Positions 45,101 to 51,529 of a stretch of 51,529 nt of DNA are shown piece by piece. The DNA is from Nemertoderma westbladi. Its lineage: Eukaryota > Animalia > Xenacoelomorpha. Location: contig JAUCBJ010008239.1 of assembly GCA_032718475.1 (NCBI GenBank), positions 1 through 51,529 on the forward strand, in the 5' to 3' direction. The notes beneath the pieces are model-generated. The model did not search any database. It was given only the letters and a program-made list of their open reading frames with translations, and was not told the origin of the DNA. Made by a program: the position numbers and the translations under genes. Numbering within the stretch: position 1 is the stretch's first letter; each line of letters starts with the position of its first letter.

Positions 45101-48100
45101 ATGGATGCCCCAATTCCACCACTTCCGTTACCAGATGCAGCTCCCCCACTTCCCTCCCAGCCATTATCGGCAACAATTATTATACCTCCTGAACCATTAA
45201 AACCTCTACCAGAAGAATTATCAACATCCCATGAACTATTACCTCATCAAGCTCAACCATTTCCAGGTTCCCCTGAACCATTAAAACCTTACACTGATCC
45301 ATGTCCAATACTTCAATCAGTAACTGAACAATTATCATCTCCGGTGGAATTGATGAGGCCTCACCTTGAAATACCACAACATTCTCCAAAACAAATTGTA
45401 GAATTCCAGGCACCGCTTGCTTTAGTACCTGTCCCTGGTCGCATAACAGAAATAGGCATATCTAGTCTTTCTAATGATCTAGTTACTCACAATGATCAAC
45501 ATGGGTCAAATACTACATGCGATAAACTCCCTTCATGGAACAAAAGTCCACAGCAAGGTAGTTGTACTAAAAGGGCACAGGTGTCTCCTTCTGAATCCGA
45601 AACCTTGGATTCTGTTTCTGAAAAAAGCACCCCCAGAAAGAGATTGGTTAAGAAGTTGTTAACTGACGCTCGTCTCTGTAAACCCAACTACCTCGATACT
45701 CTTAAGCTGCATTCATCATCTATAGATTTTAAACTTCCAAAGTTTTCGATTTCTATAGAAGATAATCTTTCCTTATGTATGGAGGAGAGAGGTTTCCCCA
45801 CCGAACTCAGCTGTTCTAATAACATAAATGGTAATTTGAAAGAGGTTCACACAGCTGAATCAGTTCCTAGTTCATCCCCACTCCCTGTTCCAGAAGCATC
45901 AAGTATAATTGAAACGCAATCAGCCACGGATATTCTGCAGACTTTAATTTCTGAAAACCCAGATTTATATCAAACAATTCCTCTAAAAACGTCAGATTCC
46001 TACAACACATTGCAACTGGTCGAGGTGGCATCTGAGGGAAATGTTACTTCTATTCAACTTGATGGCCATTCACCCTCTCAATGTGAATGTCCACAAGACA
46101 AGGAGAATGTACCAAATACTTGTAGTGGGGTAGTTAATACCATTTTGTCAAGAAGCAATGGGTCAGAAAATGTAAGAAAATCATCATTGCGTTCTAATAA
46201 ACGAAAGCAAACTAGTGTCCTTATTGTAAGTAATCAACGAAAGAAGTTGAGACGATCTAAAACTGATTCTACTGTGAATGCATCCACAGAAATGTATTGC
46301 GCAAGTAATAACTTGAGCACATTCCATTCCACTCAGCATGTGAGCTCTTTTATTGATCATCCATCCATGGAAACAATATGTATAGATTCCTTATCACACA
46401 CAAACAGGGGAAATATTGAACAGTTGGAAACACATTCCATGAAATCGAAAGTATCACAATATCTGTTAAATAGTTATGGTAAGTTTTCGGATAGTAGAGG
46501 CAATAAATGCATCAATAAAGTTGTCACTAATTCCAGTAGATCTTCACCTAAATCCAGAGAACTTATTAATCGTGGAACATTGTCATCACCTCCATCTCGT
46601 ATAATTCAACGGAAAAGGAAGAGACGGTCAGCAAAAAGGGAACGTGCTTCCAGGTCCCCTCGCCCAGAAGCACCTGGTGACTCTGATAACTCGAATGATA
46701 CAGTTATTCTTGATGTTTGTATAAAGAAAACTCCCGACAAACGCATTAACTCGCCAGATAAAACAACTTCAGCTGTAAAATCCAGCAAATCAAGTCTGGA
46801 ACATCGAAAATCTGCCGAAATGGTGTTCAATGTTCTGCGCACAATTGGAACTCAAACACCGGGGAAGTACAGCGGGGAATTACCGGATTGGCTGGAGGCG
46901 GTTGTCGCGAGCTCCCCAGTCCATCAGTTGTCTACAATCGATGAATGCTCAGATATGAGTTCTCAGTTGGATGCCTCAACCCAGACACCAAGGAAGGCCA
47001 CATGTGATTACAATAATCCTCATCTTTGGAGTCTCGACTCAGACGAATTTACAGATGGTATGAATACCAGCGAATTCCTTGACAAGACATTGAAGCACTC
47101 CAATTACGACTCACCTGCTAGCATGCTAAGTGATATAGGAAATTCGCCTGCTCCAATTAGCCTTTCCTCAATTGGGGTAGCTAAACATTTAAATGTTGCT
47201 GCAACTACAAATCAAACATCGCGAATTTCAACAAATAGTAGACATTGCAGTCCCCTGGTCTCTAATAATATTGTTACTAATACTGTAACAAAATTTCACC
47301 ATCCCCGTCATCCTATTTCCGTTGCGAGGGTTGTTGATTTTGACAGCCCTCCCATTGGAAAGTCTATGAACACTCCTGCGATCCCATGCGTACCCATCCC
47401 TTATGGGATCACATTTCCATCCAAACTTCAACCTTCTAATGAATTACCTCCACCAACTAACGCCTTTAATGTCCCATCTGCTACACATTTTACAACAATT
47501 GATCGCGCGGTGGGCTCGGATCTAGAACTTTCATTTCCTTTGACGACACCAACGAAATTCGGGCAGTCGCCACAACCAGTCGGGCCCCCATTAACCGGAC
47601 ACAATATATCAAACCAACCCCCAGCTGATAGTAATATCTATCATGATTTACTAAATATCATGTCACTTGCTCCAACCAATCATGGTGGTTTGTCTATTAC
47701 TACAGCGCAAAATGCAGGAGATAACAGTTTAATATGTTGTCGCTCAGTGACTCCATTGTGTAAAACTATACCTACAATAAGTTCGAGTCAACCACTAACG
47801 ACGGTCGACCAACATCACGCTGATAATTATCCCCAACAACAAACTGGTTCACACACATTTCTCACAAGCACCCCTCAATTAACTGTAAATATTCCATCCC
47901 TTTCTATTGTCCATCCAAGTAATAAGTGTATATCTGATGCCAGTAATCCGAGGCATACAACACAAGTCAATGAATGTTCAACTGCACCACCACCACAGGT
48001 AACTGAACCCATGATACCTCGAGCTGGAACCAGCAGAAACAGTTCTCAGTTTGGGAACATCTCACATTCCCAATCCGTTCAAACCGATTCCACTTCAACC

Positions 48101-48394
48101 CCTTGTCCCAGTCTATCCAGCATTCTCAGAGCCAAACGCATTTTCCCACATTTCAAAGGCAATGTATCCATGATCACTGAAGTTATCAATACTAATGATC
48201 CCACGGAGAAGACTACCTTACATACTCTCCTTCATTTAGATAGACTGTCGGACGAAGAAGCCGGTACAGTACTGACCAACCCTATGGCCCAACGTATAAT
48301 GGGTGCTATGGTGCAATGGCAAGCGGCCTCCCCTATTGGTCGAGCCAAACGGAATCTAACTCCAGTGTTCGGGGGTCATTCTGAATCTCCATAA
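42158..48394 (+). CDS. CASP8AP2: FLASH/CASP8AP2-like gene, terminal exon 5 (2,078 aa, low complexity, SRTEGRE repeats)
   Basis: Acceptor TTTATTTCCAG|TCA in frame with the 2,066-aa ORF; stop TAA at 48394; AATAAA near 48494. The gene name rests only on the exon 1-2 motifs. Confidence 0.75.
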   Translation, partial: SNVKQPDFLTDELSIIESDCDELQLLMTESVCGSIITNDSPTTISPLTGTPCGSPVTIHDVVSVPSLENLSEESSSTKLAITPIESPESRTIRKPFKLRFKMKTDKYLTEKYETVSPHTSRITKNSIVLELPNSCHEVCENAVSTFASDTNGQCSEIIAVDEKSPCVENSCSTNKCNVLPLDTNNDRLDNSAFTGTELVLEDCLSLDLPEYDFFNKECDLEGGVSSIRFDNTRQGGAVKVCSGETNTSSDTLKAVSHQNVRRLGGSGSKIKTSSPEVIRHRDSSIKSREGSHWNSPIKSARNSHMKRYNRDRYSDRHDNVRGCRSSSDSRRESRTEGRYTRTDAVMSRLEGKQFIPGGNKSRTEGRESRTERRESRTGENESRTDGRKSRIGENESRTDGRKSRTDGRNSRTEGRESKTEGRKSRLEGRASSTERRVPSTKGSKSRTWESESRTEVRESRTEERASSTKERKSRIGESESRTDGRKSRTEGRASPAEGRVPITKGSESRTWESESRTEVRESRTEGRRSRTGESESRTEGRESRTEGRASPTEGRASPTEGRVPSTIGSESRTWESESKTEVRESRTEGRASSTKERESRIGESEPRTDGRKSRTEGRASPSEGRVPSTKGSASRTWESESKTEVRESRTEGRESRTGESESRTEGRESRTEGRKSRLEGRASSTEGRVPSTKGSESRTDEREPRTEKSGPSTEGGESMTKGSTPRIVEGESRTGRRKSSTEGRDLLSEVPVLRTQGGESKTEEKQFRVEIRSPRPEGKEWKAGAYSLQGGKHSHNIVGHVQYNHNSTYFKSDDNQIAISQKSYKDDLFSTDKRNKLTTHSTTKYSVSAKHNNDRSHVHRTLPGSRSTLNNTLLAPQSSNKSVTNNILHNDSRLVVDGNTNNNESKNHVVDSSTNHNTLSTFEKLIGSYQTSPPANWVISFSSKKSCGVSNLETNAVEQSTFPHITKNPPPIQGDAVSHAMMDAPIPPLPLPDAAPPLPSQPLSATIIIPPEPLKPLPEELSTSHELLPHQAQPFPGSPEPLKPYTDPCPILQSVTEQLSSPVELMRPHLEIPQHSPKQIVEFQAPLALVPVPGRITEIGISSLSNDLVTHNDQHGSNTTCDKLPSWNKSPQQGSCTKRAQVSPSESETLDSVSEKSTPRKRLVKKLLTDARLCKPNYLDTLKLHSSSIDFKLPKFSISIEDNLSLCMEERGFPTELSCSNNINGNLKEVHTAESVPSSSPLPVPEASSIIETQSATDILQTLISENPDLYQTIPLKTSDSYNTLQLVEVASEGNVTSIQLDGHSPSQCECPQDKENVPNTCSGVVNTILSRSNGSENVRKSSLRSNKRKQTSVLIVSNQRKKLRRSKTDSTVNASTEMYCASNNLSTFHSTQHVSSFIDHPSMETICIDSLSHTNRGNIEQLETHSMKSKVSQYLLNSYGKFSDSRGNKCINKVVTNSSRSSPKSRELINRGTLSSPPSRIIQRKRKRRSAKRERASRSPRPEAPGDSDNSNDTVILDVCIKKTPDKRINSPDKTTSAVKSSKSSLEHRKSAEMVFNVLRTIGTQTPGKYSGELPDWLEAVVASSPVHQLSTIDECSDMSSQLDASTQTPRKATCDYNNPHLWSLDSDEFTDGMNTSEFLDKTLKHSNYDSPASMLSDIGNSPAPISLSSIGVAKHLNVAATTNQTSRISTNSRHCSPLVSNNIVTNTVTKFHHPRHPISVARVVDFDSPPIGKSMNTPAIPCVPIPYGITFPSKLQPSNELPPPTNAFNVPSATHFTTIDRAVGSDLELSFPLTTPTKFGQSPQPVGPPLTGHNISNQPPADSNIYHDLLNIMSLAPTNHGGLSITTAQNAGDNSLICCRSVTPLCKTIPTISSSQPLTTVDQHHADNYPQQQTGSHTFLTSTPQLTVNIPSLSIVHPSNKCISDASNPRHTTQVNECSTAPPPQVTEPMIPRAGTSRNSSQFGNISHSQSVQTDSTSTPCPSLSSILRAKRIFPHFKGNVSMITEVINTNDPTEKTTLHTLLHLDRLSDEEAGTVLTNPMAQRIMGAMVQWQAASPIGRAKRNLTPVFGGHSESP

Positions 48395-49869
48395 CGATAC
48401 CTCAAACAATAGTTCTGGAATTTCGTATTAGTTTTCGACAACTGTAACTGGTATTATTTATTATGCTTATATGCCTCGTTTATTTTCCAAAATAATAAAG
48501 TTTATAATTATTAAACGTTATCTATCTATATAATATTCAGAAAAAATTGAAAATAAGTGATGATTTTTTTTCGAAATATTCGCATAGATTACAGTTCAGT
48601 TAGCTAGGTCATGATACTGAACAAAAACAGTGAATTGGATAAGTTAAGATTTTCCATATATATTTGTGATTTTCCTCTATAATTTATTTTTGTAAATATT
48701 TGGTACCAGGTATATATTACTGTTTGAAATAATTATCAATACTTTTCTTTATGTTTATACAACGGGATATATTTTTAACCTCATAGTAAATGCGATGGGT
48801 GTATTAATTGTATCCATTTTTAAATGTGTGGGTTAATGTATATTTATATTAAATGTGTGCAGCGAATAACTTTACATGATTACAACACGAGACAGTTAAT
48901 TGGCCGGGTGAGATGCTCTATAGTCCAGTACAGGTTACTAAGTTGTAACTTGTAAGCATGGAGAGTGTTTTGCAGACACTATGTACTTCATTTTATTCCA
49001 ATATTGAAATGTCACAATTAAAAAAATATATATATAAAAAGTAAAAAAAAAAAATCTAAAAAGTACTATTTCTAAAAAAAATATTTGTTTTAGAAACTTA
49101 AAAAAAATATTTGTTTTAGAAACTTAAAAAAAAGTAACGTACTAATAGGAACCACCATTGGAGTGCGGGCGGGGGGGGGGGGGGGGGGGGGTATTATTTA
49201 CACCGTTCACTGATTGGATAGTTTAGGCGACGTTTCAATTGGAATACAAAATGATTTACAATTACAACAAATAAGAGCGAAAATTAAAGCAAATCTTCAA
49301 CAATATAGCTATTTTAAAAATACACTTTTATATTATTGCTATTATTTATAAATACACAGAAACTAATACTGGCTATCTTCAGTGCATACTGGTTGCTATT
49401 GTTTTGAGATACTATATACAATGTATTTGACCAATCATCATTAACTGTAGGTTTCTTATCAATTTCTTATTATATTATTGTATTCATATAATCTATAAAT
49501 ATATTATTGTACGTATAATAATTGTTTTGTTTTTGTACTCAGTTCTGAGTTCCCACGATATTATATATTACTAATAAATTGCTTAAAAGGCGAAGGGGTC
49601 CGTCCTTCAAAGTAATGTGTCTAACTTCATGAAATAATTGGGCTGGAATAATTAATGTTGTTTATATCCAAAATACTTATTTCAATGCTGAAAAATTAAA
49701 TTTCGGATAAATATTTTGGAATAGAATTTATTAACCATATAACAAACTAAGTGTTGGAGTAGTGAAATACTGCTTTGTGGAGAAAGGTCATCATCCGGGG
49801 GAGGGATCCCATTTAGTTTTAGTACATCATGTTGGAGCCTTCATTTTATGTTCTTTAAAGAGATTATAA

Positions 49870-50004
49870 CTTTTATTGGGCACAGCTTAACAAAGTCGGC
49901 AATAACGACCAGGTGGTACAAAGTCGGCAATAACGACCAGATGGGATCGAACTGGTGACCTCCGGGTTGGAAGTCTGACGCTCTAACCATTCAGCTAGCG
50001 GCTC
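49870..50004 (-). mobile_element. tRNA-derived SINE head
   Basis: GAGCCGCTAGCTGAATGGTTAGAGCG...CTTCCAA...AGTTCGATCCC (A/B boxes, TCC anticodon-like loop), followed by a 23-bp duplication. No intact acceptor stem. Confidence 0.6.
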
Positions 50005-51529
50005 AGGTAAAAGGTAGACCTGGAAATACTATCTGATACCTTGTATGTCCGCAATTTATCTCTTCAGTTCAGTTTTAATTGTTGGTGGAATCTAGTCTGT
50101 CCGTTGGTTGGTTGTCAGTCTGACTTACATTTTCACAGACAGATTGGCAGACCGATATTCCACGATAACTCGAGAACTAAAAGACATCTCTCTAAAATAT
50201 CAATTTATTAAATTGATAAATTATTTTAATAATATTTAAATAATTACATTATATCAACTTGTGTAAGGGGACTCCTCCAGTAAAGGTCACTAGTGGGATA
50301 TCTTTCGTAGGTTGTGTGTGTGATAATCGAAAGACCCTTACCCGATCCTTAGGTGATTCCCTAGTAGAATGCCGCCTACCTCCCTTCCCACGTGACTTCC
50401 GGTTTCGCTCAGGGAACCCGCTGTCGGTCCACAAGTAGCCTGTCGAGGATATATATGTGTTAGACCCCGGAATCAATGTAACAAATAAGAGGGTTCGGTT
50501 TGACTTACAATATGATGGCATTTACTAGGCAATAACTAATATCTAATAGCTATTAAAATTATTATATAGCAAATAATAGCTATTGCACGTACGGTGCGAA
50601 GTAGCGTAATACCAATAACACAATAATATACAACAGTAAAGTAATATAGGAGAGTTATAGGAAAGGTGACATTTAATGTAGAAATGCACCTAAGGAATGA
50701 AGTTGTTAATCAGAAACACAATATTATATACACCGCAATATTGACAATAATCACTACTAAACATCTGACTAATTTCTAATAATAATCCGAATAACACCTT
50801 CACCTGTTATACACCAAAATGTTAGCTACCCTCCCTCAGGCTCAGCCGTGAGTAGTTCCCAGTAAACCCCCAATCTATTAATAGTCTCTTTCATTGTTAT
50901 AAGCAATTGGTTACATTGACCTTACTGTACTATACCTCCTGCAGTACTTATTGTATCATTGTTCGGTTTGTCGATACACAATATCTAATAGTAGGTTTTG
51001 TGCCTCAATATGCGTTCACACCTTTCCTCAGTTCATCCACAGTTATTACCATTCTAATTATGTCGTCTATTGGTTTGGGATTACTCACTAACAACTTGTA
51101 AAACTTAATTAACTGCTAAAATTTATAAACATCCGTAATGTTGCTGCCCTATTGATATTTACAATCAACGTACGTACTGTAATATATAATTTACATTATG
51201 AGTGCATGAGGGAGGTGGGTCAATGACCGTAAAAGTGTGGGGGTATTACAATTTACCCACACAGTTGGATATCTTCGTCGTGCTGTATCTCTTGTGTTAG
51301 TTAACTGTATTATATATACATATACACCTATATTATAGAGTACATAATACATACCAGCTACTGTATAACATACTGTATATGCAATGCTGCATCATATACT
51401 GTACTGTATAAATCAAGCAAGTACGTTAACATAGGCCTCCAACAGACCTACTGTTTAACAAGACATTCTGTATTTTTTATTTATTTACACAATACAAGAT
51501 ATTAATGTGCATGCAATTCCAATTTAATT

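Noticed and set aside
50262-51250. Possible solo LTR (TGTAA...TTACA with a TATA-like box)
   Set aside because: No TSD and no second copy in the window; cannot be supported.

Overview
AT-rich eukaryotic genomic DNA, probably from an invertebrate animal, with spliceosomal introns and many transposon remnants. Two host genes are transcribed divergently. One is the first exon of an M3A oligopeptidase (neurolysin/thimet oligopeptidase-like, minus strand, 1-248). The other is a five-exon, ~2,865-aa FLASH/CASP8AP2-like gene (plus strand, 11818-48394) whose exons join in matching phase. Its 23.4-kb second intron begins with a satellite amplified from the exon-2 splice donor itself. An intact, very young 16,967-bp BEL/Pao LTR retrotransposon (14727-31693, minus strand, TSD TACGG) has inserted into that satellite and is the most unusual object in the window. 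It has 1,920-bp LTRs with TA...TA termini and a tRNA-like Pol III unit in U3. It has no tRNA-type PBS; instead an 11-nt site there is exactly complementary to a sequence inside its own LTR, a candidate for Tf1-like self-priming. Two non-env accessory ORFs (zinc finger, and triple CCHC knuckle with RG tail) follow pol. A 20-nt tetraloop hairpin recurs nine times across coding and non-coding parts in different reading frames. The rest is MITEs, decayed CRE, RTE-like and L2/CR1 LINEs, minisatellites, a 256-bp perfect palindrome and a tRNA-derived SINE. All family assignments come from motif recognition by eye; no database search was run.
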